Shown here in pieces: positions 8,344 to 18,796 of a stretch of 64,000 bases of DNA; the stretch's first letter is position 1, and every line of letters begins with the position of its first letter. Origin of the DNA: Pseudomonadota bacterium. Its GTDB lineage: Bacteria > Bdellovibrionota_C > UBA2361 > OMII01. The translations under genes and the position numbers were made by a program. The stretch covers positions 141,336-205,335 of the forward strand of contig JAYPVM010000005.1 of NCBI GenBank assembly GCA_038134595.1, in the 5' to 3' direction. The notes under the pieces are model-generated. The model ran no database searches and had not been told where the DNA came from. It worked only from the letters and a program-made list of their open reading frames with translations.

Positions 8344-9678
8344 TTAGCGACGCACGAGTCGGTTGCGAGTATAACTAGCAGAGCCAACTCCGCCTCTGAC
8401 TTTGGATGACTTGGACATGAAGGTCTCATAATTCCGTGCAACTAGCATCGATTCAATTTGTGAAGCCGTATCAAGCGTTACACCAACTACGATTAACACC
8501 GCAGTTCCTCCAAATACATATGCAAACTGAGACGCTCCCATCTCTAAATAAATCACCTGTGGAAGCACACACACAAGCGAAATGTATATAGCACCCCATA
8601 GAGTAAGGCGAGTTAAAACCGCATACAAATAGTCAGCGGTCTCCTGTCCGGGACGTACCAAGGGTATAAAACCACCGTTCTTCTTCAAATTCTCAGCAAC
8701 CTCTACTGGGTTAAATACCACCGCGGTATAAAAGAAACTGAACAATACAATCAGCACAACGTAAACCGTCTCATATCCCCACGAACCGGGAGTAAAAATC
8801 TTCGCAAAAACTGAAATATCTGCACCCGGAATTACGGTGAGCAGGGTTGCTGGCAACATCATGATGGCCGAAGCAAAAATAGGTGGTATCACCCCGGTCA
8901 TATTTACTTTAAGTGGCATGTATTGCGTCTGAGCCTGAGTCATGCGTTTTCCAACCATACGACGCGGGTACTGAATAGGAATTTTCCTATGTGAACGCTC
9001 GACAAACACAATCGCATAAATTGAGAAGACGGAGAACAAAATCAGGAACAGAATAGCAAACGGGGAAACCTCACCCGTTCGAGCTAATTCAACAGTAGAG
9101 CCGAAAACCGATGGCATCCGAGCCGCAAGACCTGCAAAAATAATTATGCTCGTTCCATTACCTAATCCTCGCTCGGTAATTTGCTCACCAAGCCACATGA
9201 TAAAAGACGTTCCCGCCGTTAGAGTGATAACCGTAACTAACTCAAAGGTGAACCCCGGAGTAGCTAATCCCTTGGCTTCAAGCGCTCGAGCAATCATATA
9301 ACTCTGGAATAACGCCAGTAGAATAGTACCCTGACGGGTGTAACGAGTAAGAATACGCCTACCTGCATCACCCTCTTTTTTAAGATTCTCAAGATAGGGA
9401 AAGCTTGGGGTCAACAGCTGAATGATAATCGATACTGTAATGTAGGGCGATATTCCTAATGTAAATATCGAGAACTGCTCTAATGCACCTCCGGAGAAAA
9501 GGTTAATCAAACCAAAGATGGTGTTCGAACTAGACTCAAACATCTGACGAATCTTATCGACATCAACACCCGGAGTGGACACGAAGACCCCGAGTCGGTA
9601 TACCGCCAACATTGAAATGGTAAACATTAATCTCTTTTTCAATTCTGGAATTTGAAATACCGATAGCAATCCGCTCAT
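8344..9678 (-). CDS. secY: Preprotein translocase subunit SecY
   Basis: SIFTLGISPYIT, WLGEQITERGLGNG, NLKKNGGFIP..RPG and GGTAVLIVVGV motifs. Confidence 0.98.
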   Translation of the reverse strand: MSGLLSVFQIPELKKRLMFTISMLAVYRLGVFVSTPGVDVDKIRQMFESSSNTIFGLINLFSGGALEQFSIFTLGISPYITVSIIIQLLTPSFPYLENLKKEGDAGRRILTRYTRQGTILLALFQSYMIARALEAKGLATPGFTFELVTVITLTAGTSFIMWLGEQITERGLGNGTSIIIFAGLAARMPSVFGSTVELARTGEVSPFAILFLILFSVFSIYAIVFVERSHRKIPIQYPRRMVGKRMTQAQTQYMPLKVNMTGVIPPIFASAIMMLPATLLTVIPGADISVFAKIFTPGSWGYETVYVVLIVLFSFFYTAVVFNPVEVAENLKKNGGFIPLVRPGQETADYLYAVLTRLTLWGAIYISLVCVLPQVIYLEMGASQFAYVFGGTAVLIVVGVTLDTASQIESMLVARNYETFMSKSSKVRGGVGSASYTRNRLVRR

Positions 9679-10242
9679 GAATCCCTCATTAAAATTTGTT
9701 TTGCAACATCACCCGCCTCGGACACGAGCACTCTTGAGTTATTACTGCCCTGTTATTGGAATACAACAGTTCGCTCGGCTTTTAGGAACATCAAAGAGCT
9801 CCAAAACAATAAAGCGAACCCGAAACCGACCATAACTATAACGAAAAAAAGACCATAAAGCCCAGAGTGATTTACGTTAAAAGTAAATTTTTCTCCCCAG
9901 AAAAAGCTTTAATCAAATCTTCAAAAATCCTGTCTTTTATAGAGATAGAATCAAACGTCATACTCCAAACATAACGCAATTGCTATTTCAGAAGACGATC
10001 CAAACAATTCCTAGCAACCAGCAAGACTAGCTTGCTAGTTAGATACCGGCTATTCAACGACGTGTAGCACACTATTCTAGCCCAATAGAACACCTCGATT
10101 CAGGCAAATTATGGATGAGAGGCAAAACAGCCAAAAGCAAAACCCCTTGTCGTGCAGTTACGTAGCAGGAGACTGCGCCCTACGAGCTCTCTAACGCCTA
10201 GTTCCGCCCCAGATACTCCAGTTACTGCCTTCTTATACATAC

Positions 10243-10276
10243 AAAAAAAAAAGAGGCTCCACTTGGAGCCTCTTTT
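10243..10276 (-). terminator. Intrinsic (rho-independent) terminator downstream of rplO
   Basis: Minus strand AAAAGAGGCTCC-AAGT-GGAGCCTC followed by 10 T, about 30 nt after the rplO stop. Confidence 0.85.
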
Positions 10277-10307
10277 AGCATTCACGTGCGATACGTTGCC
10301 CAAAAAT

Positions 10308-10787
10308 CTAGACCAGCTCTACAGTTCCTCCAGCTGATTCTATCTTTGCTTTCGCACCAGCAGATATTGCACTAACCTTAAGATGAAGCTTTTTAGTAAC
10401 GGTATCAATATCGGAAAGAATCTTCACTCCAGCTTTTGCTTTGCTTCCCTTAGCGTATCCGAGTTCTTTGACCTTTTCCAAGTCAACGGTCGTTCCATCC
10501 TCCAATCGATCAAGCACCGATAGACGAACGATGTGGTACTGATTCTTCCCAAGCAACCCAACGCGGGACTGAAATCCAAATTTAGGTACCCTTCTGTAAA
10601 GCGGCATCTGACCACCCTCAAAACCGGCAGGGATAGATACACCCGCACGAGCTTTCTGGCCTTTGCCCCCTTTACCAGAGGTCTTTCCGTGTCCCGAAGC
10701 CTCTCCTCTACCAACTCGCCTGCGAGGCTTTGTAGAGCCTTTGAGCGGCTTTAGATTGCTAAGATTATACTCTTTATTACTGCCCAT
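10308..10787 (-). CDS. rplO: 50S ribosomal protein L15
   Basis: RVGRG..SGHGKTSGKGGKGQKAR and FEGGQMPLYRRVPKFGF. Start placed at ATG 10787, behind an AGAGGGG RBS. Confidence 0.97.
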   Translation of the reverse strand: MGSNKEYNLSNLKPLKGSTKPRRRVGRGEASGHGKTSGKGGKGQKARAGVSIPAGFEGGQMPLYRRVPKFGFQSRVGLLGKNQYHIVRLSVLDRLEDGTTVDLEKVKELGYAKGSKAKAGVKILSDIDTVTKKLHLKVSAISAGAKAKIESAGGTVELV

Positions 10788-10818
10788 CTCGGACCCCTCT
10801 ATCAACTAACTATTACCA

Positions 10819-11001
10819 CTATTTTGCTGGAGATATCTCGATGAGATGCTCGACAGCCTTAAGCATACCTTTGACGCTCGCATTAAGTTCTATCTCTCTC
10901 TGTTTTCCGATACCACCTAAACCGATCGCTTTTAGCGTATCGAGAACACGCTTATTACGACCTATGTGACTACGAACCTGCTTAACAACTACCTTATCCA
11001 T
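10819..11001 (-). CDS. rpmD: 50S ribosomal protein L30
   Basis: VKQVRSHIGR...TLKAIGL...KGML..VEHL; lies between rpsE and rplO. Confidence 0.95.
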   Translation of the reverse strand: MDKVVVKQVRSHIGRNKRVLDTLKAIGLGGIGKQREIELNASVKGMLKAVEHLIEISPAK

Positions 11002-11035
11002 ATCTCACCGTACTTACGCTCTATGAACCTATTCC

Positions 11036-11572
11036 TTAGAAAGGCTTGTAGCCCATCTCCTCTACGCTAACACCACGCATCGCTGCAACAGTCTCCGGGT
11101 CACTCAGATCCAACAATCCCGCAATAGTTGCACGCAAAACGTTTTGTGCAGTATTCGAACCAATGCATTTTGTCCTAATGTCTGTAATTCCGCATACATC
11201 CATGACGGCACGAACAGAGGCACCGGCTATAACGCCCGTTCCTGGAGCACCTGGCTTCAAAATCACCGTTGAAGGTCCCGATTTACCCACAATATCGTGT
11301 GGTATAGAAGTCCCTTTAAGAGGAATCCTAACGAGCCGCTTTCTTGCTTGCTCTGACGCCTTCCGAATAGCGTCTGGAACCTCAACCGCTTTTCCCAAAC
11401 CGAAACCCACGTGTCCCCGACCGTCTCCTGTGACCACCAAAGCACTAAAGCTGAACCGACGTCCTCCCTTCACAACCTTAGCAACACGGTTGATAAAAAC
11501 AGTCTTGTCAGTCAACTCACCGCATTGATCAGCTGTTACTCTTCTACTATCGAGTCTATCTTTAAAAGCCAT
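11036..11572 (-). CDS. rpsE: 30S ribosomal protein S5
   Basis: [25 protein letters not shown] and PGTGVIAG. Confidence 0.98.
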   Translation of the reverse strand: MAFKDRLDSRRVTADQCGELTDKTVFINRVAKVVKGGRRFSFSALVVTGDGRGHVGFGLGKAVEVPDAIRKASEQARKRLVRIPLKGTSIPHDIVGKSGPSTVILKPGAPGTGVIAGASVRAVMDVCGITDIRTKCIGSNTAQNVLRATIAGLLDLSDPETVAAMRGVSVEEMGYKPF

Positions 11573-11585
11573 ACTAAAACATCCT

Positions 11586-11993
11586 CTATAAAGTCAATCC
11601 ACCCTCACGAGCCCCATCCGCTAAAGCTTTTACGCGTCCGGTATAGAGGAACCCATTCCTGTCAAACACTACCTGTGAAACACTTGCACCCTTTGCTCGC
11701 TCTGCAAGTACCAATCCTACAGCCTTAGCCGCAAGTACTGATTTAGCGCTGTCTTTTGCGCCTTCAGCCTGTCCAGCTAGCTGAGCGATACGCTCTTTGA
11801 CATCTTTATCGAGAGTGGAGGCACTAGCCAAAGTCCTATGATTCGTGTCAGAAACCACTTGAGCATACGTATGCTTTGAGCTCCTAAAAATACTAAGCCT
11901 TGGCTTAACATCAGTGCCACTAATCTTCTGACGAATGCGAAGCTTTCGCTTCATTCGTGCGTTACTCGCTACCTTTTTTGCTTGCGTAGCCAT
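11586..11993 (-). CDS. rplR: 50S ribosomal protein L18
   Basis: [15 protein letters not shown] and [26 protein letters not shown]. Confidence 0.97.
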   Translation of the reverse strand: MATQAKKVASNARMKRKLRIRQKISGTDVKPRLSIFRSSKHTYAQVVSDTNHRTLASASTLDKDVKERIAQLAGQAEGAKDSAKSVLAAKAVGLVLAERAKGASVSQVVFDRNGFLYTGRVKALADGAREGGLTL

Positions 11994-12026
11994 ATGCCAC
12001 CTCTACTCCCTACCTACGTTACTTCT

Positions 12027-12560
12027 TTACTTACCAGCCTTACCTGCCTTACGACGTACCTTCTCTCCGGCATATCGGATACCCTTACCAAGATACGGCT
12101 CTGGAGGTTGTACATCCCGAATCTTCGCAGCAAATGTTCCAACCAACTCTCTATTAGTTGACTCGAGCTCAATACTCGTCTTAGCTACCTTCGCTGAAAC
12201 TCCCTGAGGAATCGTCATTATCACATCGTGAGAAAACCCAACAGACAAGACAATATCGTTACCTTGTTGCTTTGCTGTATATCCCACTCCGTGAAGCTCG
12301 AGAACTTTTTGCCAGCCCTTGCTTACGCCCTGAACCATGTTGTTGATAATAGCACGAGTAGTGCCGTAGTTAGCCCGAGCCTGGGAGTCGCTTCCCTCTA
12401 GCTTCACAACGACTTGACTCTCTGCTAGCTCAACCTTCACACCACTCTTTACATCGTATGAAAGCTTACCCTTTGGGCCCTCAACCAAAACTGTATCACC
12501 ACTAACAGTGGCTTTTACACCTTGCGGCACTTCCACAGGCAATTTACCGATACGTGACAT
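12027..12560 (-). CDS. rplF: 50S ribosomal protein L6
   Basis: MSRIGKLPV, GPKG.L and PPEPYLGKGIRY. Confidence 0.98.
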   Translation of the reverse strand: MSRIGKLPVEVPQGVKATVSGDTVLVEGPKGKLSYDVKSGVKVELAESQVVVKLEGSDSQARANYGTTRAIINNMVQGVSKGWQKVLELHGVGYTAKQQGNDIVLSVGFSHDVIMTIPQGVSAKVAKTSIELESTNRELVGTFAAKIRDVQPPEPYLGKGIRYAGEKVRRKAGKAGK

Positions 12561-12577
12561 ACAAATACCCCTCTAAA

Positions 12578-12976
12578 TTATCCCACTAGCGCCAAAACCT
12601 CTCCACCCACTCGGCTCTTGCGCGCTTCATGGTCGGTCATGACTCCTTTTGAGGTGGAAACTATCGCCACACCCAAACCGCTACTTACTTGCGGCAACTT
12701 GTCAGTCTTAAAATACTGGCGCCGTCCTGGTGTTGACACCCGACGTGCCCTTGCAATAGCTGGTCGTCCATCGGCAAAGTACTTCAGGTCTACCTTTATT
12801 GCTGGCTTCTCATTGGCGTTTTGAGCGTTTTCAAAACCCTCTATAAACCCCTCTCTTTTCAAAACATCTAAAATGTTTCTATTAAGATTAGACACAGTGA
12901 CCAGAACCGATCTATGTCCGGCTCGTTGACCATTCTTAATCCTTGCAAGCATGTCTGATACGTGATCGTTTATCAT
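12578..12976 (-). CDS. rpsH: 30S ribosomal protein S8
   Basis: D.VSDMLARIKN, RVSTPGRR.Y and GLGVAIVSTSKGVMTD...GGE. Confidence 0.98.
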   Translation of the reverse strand: MINDHVSDMLARIKNGQRAGHRSVLVTVSNLNRNILDVLKREGFIEGFENAQNANEKPAIKVDLKYFADGRPAIARARRVSTPGRRQYFKTDKLPQVSSGLGVAIVSTSKGVMTDHEARKSRVGGEVLALVG

Positions 12977-12992
12977 TTCCCTTTTCCCTCGA

Positions 12993-13532
12993 CTACTTTC
13001 GAAACGGCATTCCCATTAAAGCTAACAACTCGTAACCCTCTTCATCAGTTCGTGCCGACGTTACAAACGTAATATCCAATCCACGAATTTGATCGAGTTT
13101 TTCAATCTCTATTTCAGGGAAAACAATCTGCTCCTTCACACCCATCGTGTAATTTCCTCGCCCATCAAAACCCTTCTTCGGGATACCCCGAAAGTCTCTA
13201 ACACGAGGAAGGGCAACCGAAATAAATCGGTCCATGAAGTCCAGCATGCGGCGTTTTCGCATCGTAACCATTACTCCGATCGCCAATCCCTCTCGAAGTT
13301 TAAAGGCAGCAATCGACTTTCGTGCCCGAGTAACTACCGGCTTTTGGCCACTAATTTGAGTGAACGCGTACTCTACGAACTGTATCGCCTTTGAATTCGC
13401 AACAGCATCACGAACTCCTGAGTTAAGGACAATCTTCTCTAGTTTTGGAACCTGCATCGGTGAAGAATAATTAAATTTCTTCATTAACGCAGGAACAACA
13501 GTCTCTTTATAATGATCAGCTAAACGATTCAT
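12993..13532 (-). CDS. rplE: 50S ribosomal protein L5
   Basis: [24 protein letters not shown] and [19 protein letters not shown]. Confidence 0.98.
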   Translation of the reverse strand: MNRLADHYKETVVPALMKKFNYSSPMQVPKLEKIVLNSGVRDAVANSKAIQFVEYAFTQISGQKPVVTRARKSIAAFKLREGLAIGVMVTMRKRRMLDFMDRFISVALPRVRDFRGIPKKGFDGRGNYTMGVKEQIVFPEIEIEKLDQIRGLDITFVTSARTDEEGYELLALMGMPFRK

Positions 13533-13550
13533 AAACCCTCTAAAGCTTAA

Positions 13551-13943
13551 CTACGCTTCCAGTTCAACAAACTTTTTAGTCTTTGGATCTGTGTATCCTC
13601 TAACCTTCTTTCCATCTGTCGATAAACCACTCACAAGACGAACAGGCTTCTTAAGCTTCTCGACGTAATACATTACGTTTGAAATATGTACGGGCTGCTC
13701 AACCTGTACTTTTCCGCCCTCTTGACCTGGCCCTTGCGCTCTTTTGTGCCGAACATACAAGTTTAACCCGTCAAGTATCACTCTGTCAGCCTTATCACCT
13801 ACAATCGCCTTAATCTTCGACACCTGACCTTTTAAGGGTCGTTTGTGCTTATTACCACCGGCAACAACCATTACAGGGTCTCCCCTACGCAAACTTGTCG
13901 ACAGCTTTTCGCCTTTTTTTAATCCATTCTTGATTGCCATCAC
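13551..13943 (-). CDS. rplX: 50S ribosomal protein L24
   Basis: KOW-type LRRGDPVMVVAG and EQPVHISNV; lies between rplN and rplE. Confidence 0.93.
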   Translation of the reverse strand: MMAIKNGLKKGEKLSTSLRRGDPVMVVAGGNKHKRPLKGQVSKIKAIVGDKADRVILDGLNLYVRHKRAQGPGQEGGKVQVEQPVHISNVMYYVEKLKKPVRLVSGLSTDGKKVRGYTDPKTKKFVELEA

Positions 13944-13949
13944 TCTCTC

Positions 13950-14318
13950 CTACAACACCTCAGGCGCCAACGACACAATCTTCATAAACTTCTTTCCACG
14001 AAGCTCTCTCGCTACAGGCCCAAAAATACGCGTTCCCATAGGCTCTTTCGAATCGTTGACAAGCACCACACTGTTCTCATCAAATTTAATGGAAGAACCA
14101 TCTTCGCGTGCAATCGGATGGGCAGTTCGGACAATCACCGCCTTATGAACCGACCCCTTTGTAATCTTAGAATTGGGAGTCGCCTCTTTTACAGCTACGA
14201 CAATAACGTCGCCAACACCAGCGTACCGACGTCGGCTTCCACCCAACACCTTTACACATGACACTTTACGCGCACCCGAATTATCTGCCACCTCTAGTAA
14301 CGATTTGTGCTGAATCAT
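13950..14318 (-). CDS. rplN: 50S ribosomal protein L14
   Basis: [20 protein letters not shown] and [10 protein letters not shown]. Confidence 0.98.
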   Translation of the reverse strand: MIQHKSLLEVADNSGARKVSCVKVLGGSRRRYAGVGDVIVVAVKEATPNSKITKGSVHKAVIVRTAHPIAREDGSSIKFDENSVVLVNDSKEPMGTRIFGPVARELRGKKFMKIVSLAPEVL

Positions 14319-14370
14319 AATCCTGCCTATCTACAACTAATACCACACATATACCCAGAACTGTTCCGGA

Positions 14371-14649
14371 CTACTCAGCCTTCCGAACTACACTCTGTAG
14401 CTTCCACCGCTTTAGCTTACTTAGAGGCCTGGTCTCCACAACTCGAACTCGATCCCCGATGCCACATACATTAGCTTCATCGTGTGCATACAACTTCTTA
14501 GTACGACGAACGAACTTCCCATACATCGCATGTTTCACCTGCCGAACAACCGCTACGACAATCGTCTTATCGGTCTTGTTACTTACAACCACACCTTCTT
14601 GAACTTTTCTAAGCCCTCTGGTCGCCTTATTTTCAGCTGTCTCTGCCAT
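14371..14649 (-). CDS. rpsQ: 30S ribosomal protein S17
   Basis: [19 protein letters not shown] and [11 protein letters not shown]. Start placed at ATG 14649. Confidence 0.97.
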   Translation of the reverse strand: MAETAENKATRGLRKVQEGVVVSNKTDKTIVVAVVRQVKHAMYGKFVRRTKKLYAHDEANVCGIGDRVRVVETRPLSKLKRWKLQSVVRKAE

Positions 14650-14747
14650 ATCTATTCTCTCTGTTTTCTTCACCAGCAAGCTTGCCATCCCCAATCAAGC
14701 TTCCAATTAGTGTCGGTTTGAAGTCCTCTTCAAATAAACCCTTTTAC

Positions 14748-14948
14748 CTATCCAACTTTTTGGGTTAGAGCAGATTTAACTCTCGCTAAGTTGCGTCGCG
14801 TCTTCGCAAGAAGGTGGCCATTCTCAAGTTGCTTCGATGCCTTTTTAAACCGGAGCTTCATAAGCTCTTCTGCCAAAGCAACGGCACGCTCTTGTAGCGC
14901 GACCTTATCTAACCCCTCTAATTCCTTAAGAAATTCCTTTCGCTTCAT
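14748..14948 (-). CDS. rpmC: 50S ribosomal protein L29
   Basis: EELMKLRF...QLEN...RRNLARVK; lies between rplP and rpsQ. Confidence 0.94.
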   Translation of the reverse strand: MKRKEFLKELEGLDKVALQERAVALAEELMKLRFKKASKQLENGHLLAKTRRNLARVKSALTQKVG

Positions 14949-15012
14949 ATTACTACCTATCCCATTTCCCCGCTTTGCACTAGCGAGCCAGCACTATGCC
15001 GTTTTCTCTCTC

Positions 15013-15438
15013 CTAAATCAAGGTGTTGGACCTTATAACTATCTTTGTTTTTAACGGCAATTTCGCGGCAGCCAGCTTAAGCGCATCTACTGCCAACTTC
15101 TCACCGACCCCTGTCAATTCATACAAGATCTTGCCAGTCTTGACTTCGGCCACCCATTTTTCAACGGATCCCTTTCCTTTACCCATACGAACCTCAGCAG
15201 GCTTTGATGTCAGAGGCTTATCTGGGAAGATTTTAATCCAAACCTTACCACCACGCTTAATGTGACGAACCATCGTCTGACGAGCCGCCTCAATCTGCCG
15301 ATTGGTAATCCATCCTGGTTCTACAGCTCGAAGACCGTAGTCTCCAAACTCCAGCACACAACCCCTTGTCTCCTTAATCTTAAGGTGACGAACTAACTTC
15401 ATCTGCTTTCGATACCTTGGCTTTTTAGGCTGTAACAT
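15013..15438 (-). CDS. rplP: 50S ribosomal protein L16
   Basis: MLQPKK..YRK, RQIEAAR and [19 protein letters not shown]. Confidence 0.98.
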   Translation of the reverse strand: MLQPKKPRYRKQMKLVRHLKIKETRGCVLEFGDYGLRAVEPGWITNRQIEAARQTMVRHIKRGGKVWIKIFPDKPLTSKPAEVRMGKGKGSVEKWVAEVKTGKILYELTGVGEKLAVDALKLAAAKLPLKTKIVIRSNTLI

Positions 15439-15508
15439 AACTACTCCCTACATTGAACTACCATTATCCCGAGCAATCGGCTGATAGATTCTCTAATCCC
15501 TGCGCTGC

Positions 15509-16171
15509 TTACATCTGAATAGCTTCTACAGCCGGCTCTTCACCCGCCGCATACTTCTCACCCTTAAACACCCAGACTTTCACACCAATGATTCCATATG
15601 TTGTGCTAGCTTCTGCTGTTCCATAATCTATCTCAGCTCGGAGAGTGTGAAGCGGAACGCGCCCCTCTCTGGCAGATTCACTACGGGCGATTTCCGCTCC
15701 GTTTAGCCGTCCCGAAACACGAACCTTGATTCCCTCTGCTCCAACCCGCTGAGCACGACCGATGGCGTCCTTCATCGCTCTTCGGAAATTCACGCGTCTT
15801 TCTAATTGAAAAGCGATATTTTCAGCCACTAGCTGAGCATCCATATCGGCTTTTCGAGCTTCAACGATACTCAAATTTACATCTTGCTGAACGAGATTCT
15901 TGAGCTCTTTTCTCAAATCTTCGATATCTTTTCCCTTCTTACCAATAACGAGACCAGGCTTAGCCGTATAAATGTTAATGCGGACTCGCGCAGCAGCTCT
16001 CTCAATCTCGACTTTGGAAATTCCTGCCGACTGTAGTTTGGCCTTTACAAACTTCCGAATCTTGACGTCTTCGCCCACAAATCGGCTACTCTCTCCAGTG
16101 GCAAACCACTTCGATTGCCATCCTTCGATGATTCCTACTCGCAGACCTCGTGGACTAACCTTTTGTCCCAT
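15509..16171 (-). CDS. rpsC: 30S ribosomal protein S3
   Basis: [19 protein letters not shown] and [12 protein letters not shown]...[10 protein letters not shown]. Confidence 0.98.
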   Translation of the reverse strand: MGQKVSPRGLRVGIIEGWQSKWFATGESSRFVGEDVKIRKFVKAKLQSAGISKVEIERAAARVRINIYTAKPGLVIGKKGKDIEDLRKELKNLVQQDVNLSIVEARKADMDAQLVAENIAFQLERRVNFRRAMKDAIGRAQRVGAEGIKVRVSGRLNGAEIARSESAREGRVPLHTLRAEIDYGTAEASTTYGIIGVKVWVFKGEKYAAGEEPAVEAIQM

Positions 16172-16199
16172 ATCGATACTCCCTAATGCACCTTAAAAA

Positions 16200-16568
16200 C
16201 TACTTTTCACCCAATACGATGGTCATGTGCGAAGAACGCTTCCTAATAGGATTTGCCCTGCCGTGAGCCGCTGGCATGTAACGCTTCAACGTCCTACCTT
16301 CATCAACCCATCCCTTCGTGATCCAAAGCTTATCTACATCTGCCTGAGCATGCTCACGCGCGTTAGCAATCGCGGATTGCAACAATTTGTGTGCAAACGC
16401 AGCGCCCTTCTTAGGAGAGAACTTAAGAATGCTTAGCGCTGGCTCTACCTGCTTTCCCCGAATGAGGTCAATGACCAAACGCGCCTTCCGAGGCGACATT
16501 CGAATGTGTCTAAGCGACGCGCGCGACACCTCTGACTTATCTCCGCTCTTGTTTATTTTCTTTGCCAT
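16200..16568 (-). CDS. rplV: 50S ribosomal protein L22
   Basis: RMSPRKARLVIDLIRG, SAIANA and PAAHGRA..IRKRSSH. Start placed at ATG 16568. Confidence 0.97.
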   Translation of the reverse strand: MAKKINKSGDKSEVSRASLRHIRMSPRKARLVIDLIRGKQVEPALSILKFSPKKGAAFAHKLLQSAIANAREHAQADVDKLWITKGWVDEGRTLKRYMPAAHGRANPIRKRSSHMTIVLGEK

Positions 16569-16611
16569 AACTTCCGTCCTCAATCGCTCTCTTTCAGTAA
16601 ACGACTATATC

Positions 16612-16875
16612 CTACTTCTTCGCTTGGTGTCCGTGGAACGTCCGTGTTGGAGAAAACTCTCCTAGTTTGTGTCCCACCATATTCTCAGTCACAAAAACCG
16701 CGTTAAACTTCTTTCCATTATGGACGGCAAACGTCAGTCCTATCATGTCAGGAGTGATGGTAGACCTCCGAGACCAGGTCTTGATCGGGCCTTTGTGAGC
16801 TCCGCTCTTCACCCTTTCAATCCACTTCAATACGCTGTTATCAACGAATGGTCCCTTCTTTATTGAACGAGCCAT
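16612..16875 (-). CDS. rpsS: 30S ribosomal protein S19
   Basis: [17 protein letters not shown] and [17 protein letters not shown]. Confidence 0.98.
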   Translation of the reverse strand: MARSIKKGPFVDNSVLKWIERVKSGAHKGPIKTWSRRSTITPDMIGLTFAVHNGKKFNAVFVTENMVGHKLGEFSPTRTFHGHQAKK

Positions 16876-16890
16876 ACTTCCCCCTAGTTA

Positions 16891-17730
16891 TTACTTCTTA
16901 CTCTTTTTACTCTTCCGTCCACGAACAATAAACTTCTGCGTCCTCTTGTTCGATCTCGTCTTTAATCCCTTTGCCAATAATCCTGACGGGGAGCAAGGGT
17001 GTCGACCTCCTGCCGATTTACCTTCTCCTCCACCCATTGGATGATCCACTGGATTCTTCGTAACACCCCTATTGTGAGGTCTTCGGTTCAACCACCGGCT
17101 ACGGCCTGCCTTACCCAAGACTCGGTTCTGATGGTCTGAGTTTCCAACCGATCCGATTGTCGCATAACACTCAACCGAGACCCTTCTCATTTCGCCAGAT
17201 GGTAAACGAACCGTAGCATAGTCACCTTCTCGAGCTACCAACTGAGCCGCGCCACCGGCAGAACGAACCAACTGTGCGCCTCCCTTAATCTTGAGCTCGA
17301 TGTTATGAACATTCTCTCCAAGCGGTATCGCCTTCAAAGGAAGCGCATTACCAGGCTTGATCTCAGCGTCAGGCCCTGAGCTTATGGTCTGTCCGACCGA
17401 CAACCCCTGGGGAGCCAGTATGTAACGCTTCTCGCCGTCGACGTACTTAACGAGAGCAATCCGGCTAGTTCTATTCGGATCGTATTCAATGGTTGCCACG
17501 ACACCTGGAACCCCAAGCTTCTCTCTGCGAAAATCGATGATTCGGTAACGTCGCTTGTGACCACGACCTTTGTTAATATTTGTGTTCCGTCCGTAGTTAT
17601 TACGACCTCCGGTGTTCGAGTGCTTCGATATAAGCCCCCGCTCAGGCTTAGCTGTCGTGACTTCTGAGAAATCAGCTACAGTAAGATATCGTCTACTAGG
17701 AGTTGTTGGTCTAAATGTTTTAACCGCCAT
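16891..17730 (-). CDS. rplB: 50S ribosomal protein L2
   Basis: [20 protein letters not shown] and [12 protein letters not shown]. Confidence 0.98.
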   Translation of the reverse strand: MAVKTFRPTTPSRRYLTVADFSEVTTAKPERGLISKHSNTGGRNNYGRNTNINKGRGHKRRYRIIDFRREKLGVPGVVATIEYDPNRTSRIALVKYVDGEKRYILAPQGLSVGQTISSGPDAEIKPGNALPLKAIPLGENVHNIELKIKGGAQLVRSAGGAAQLVAREGDYATVRLPSGEMRRVSVECYATIGSVGNSDHQNRVLGKAGRSRWLNRRPHNRGVTKNPVDHPMGGGEGKSAGGRHPCSPSGLLAKGLKTRSNKRTQKFIVRGRKSKKSKK

Positions 17731-17744
17731 ACATCACCTCTAAA

Positions 17745-18068
17745 TTACAAACCTTCTACGAGGTCAATCTTGCTACCCTCGGCCAAAGTTACATACGCCT
17801 TTTTATATCCAGACCGTCTTCCAACGCCCCTTGTTGTTCTCTTCATCTTGCCGATGAAAGAGCATGTGCGAACGCCTCCCACTTTCACCGAAAAGACTCT
17901 CTCAACAGCAGATTTGATTTGCAACTTGCTCGCCCGTGGATCAACCCGAAAGGTAACCACATTGCCTTCACCACCTACCAGTGCGGTCTTCTCACTGATA
18001 ACAGGCGAGAGCAATATCGCATAATCACTCACTCGAGCACTTTCATTGTTATTCTTCGTCTTTGCCAT
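17745..18068 (-). CDS. rplW: 50S ribosomal protein L23
   Basis: PVISEK, A.K.QIK.AVE..F.VKV and YKKAYVTL. Confidence 0.96.
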   Translation of the reverse strand: MAKTKNNNESARVSDYAILLSPVISEKTALVGGEGNVVTFRVDPRASKLQIKSAVERVFSVKVGGVRTCSFIGKMKRTTRGVGRRSGYKKAYVTLAEGSKIDLVEGL

Positions 18069-18111
18069 AGCAATACTTCCCGATGATGTTACTTTCTTAT
18101 CTCTTTACGCC

Positions 18112-18768
18112 CTACAGTCCCGAAACCCGCTGCTCAAGCTCACTGAGTGCCGTATCTACACACAGCACAGTGTTAGCATTAAGCAGATCATAGACATTGA
18201 CACCTGCCACAGGCACAACCGACACGCGTTGAATATTCTTTACAGAACGAGCCAGCTTAGTGCGAGCCTCAGAGTTTGCATCCGGCACAACTACAAGAAC
18301 TTTCGTATCCGTTAAACCGAGTGTAGCCAACAAAGCCACTGCATCTTTTGTCTTACCAGTAGCCGAAGACATATCCTCCAATACTGCAATATTGCCCGCT
18401 TGTGCTTTTGTAGACAAAGCCGAACGAAGAGCGCCCTTGCGCATCTTCTTGGACATTCTAAACTCGTAGCTTCGAGGGGTTGGACCATGCACTACTGCAC
18501 CACCAACCATAACAGGCGAAATAGTAGATCCAGCTCGAGCCCGGCCAGTTCCTTTCTGCTTAAAAGGCTTCTTCGAACCGCCTTTCATCTCACTACGAGT
18601 AAGAACGTCATGCGTTCCTGCTCGTCGCTTGGCACGTTGCCAACGAACTGCGCCATGAAGCAATTCAACCTTTACCGTTGCACCAAAAACATCCGCATTT
18701 AACGTCAAGGCCGATTTCTCCTTGCCTGTGCCGTCGAATACCCTTGCATTTACACTTTCAGAAGCCAT
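18112..18768 (-). CDS. rplD: 50S ribosomal protein L4
   Basis: RAGTH...TRSE..GG.KKPFKQKGTGRARAGS and GG.V.HGP.PR. Confidence 0.97.
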   Translation of the reverse strand: MASESVNARVFDGTGKEKSALTLNADVFGATVKVELLHGAVRWQRAKRRAGTHDVLTRSEMKGGSKKPFKQKGTGRARAGSTISPVMVGGAVVHGPTPRSYEFRMSKKMRKGALRSALSTKAQAGNIAVLEDMSSATGKTKDAVALLATLGLTDTKVLVVVPDANSEARTKLARSVKNIQRVSVVPVAGVNVYDLLNANTVLCVDTALSELEQRVSGL

Positions 18769-18796
18769 AGTACTACCTCCGCTGTCCCGCTCTTAC

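Noticed and set aside
9833..9843. TAACTATAACG, matching the start of the 23S rRNA I-CeuI site
   Set aside because: Only 11 nt match and the flanks are not rRNA-like; consistent with chance.
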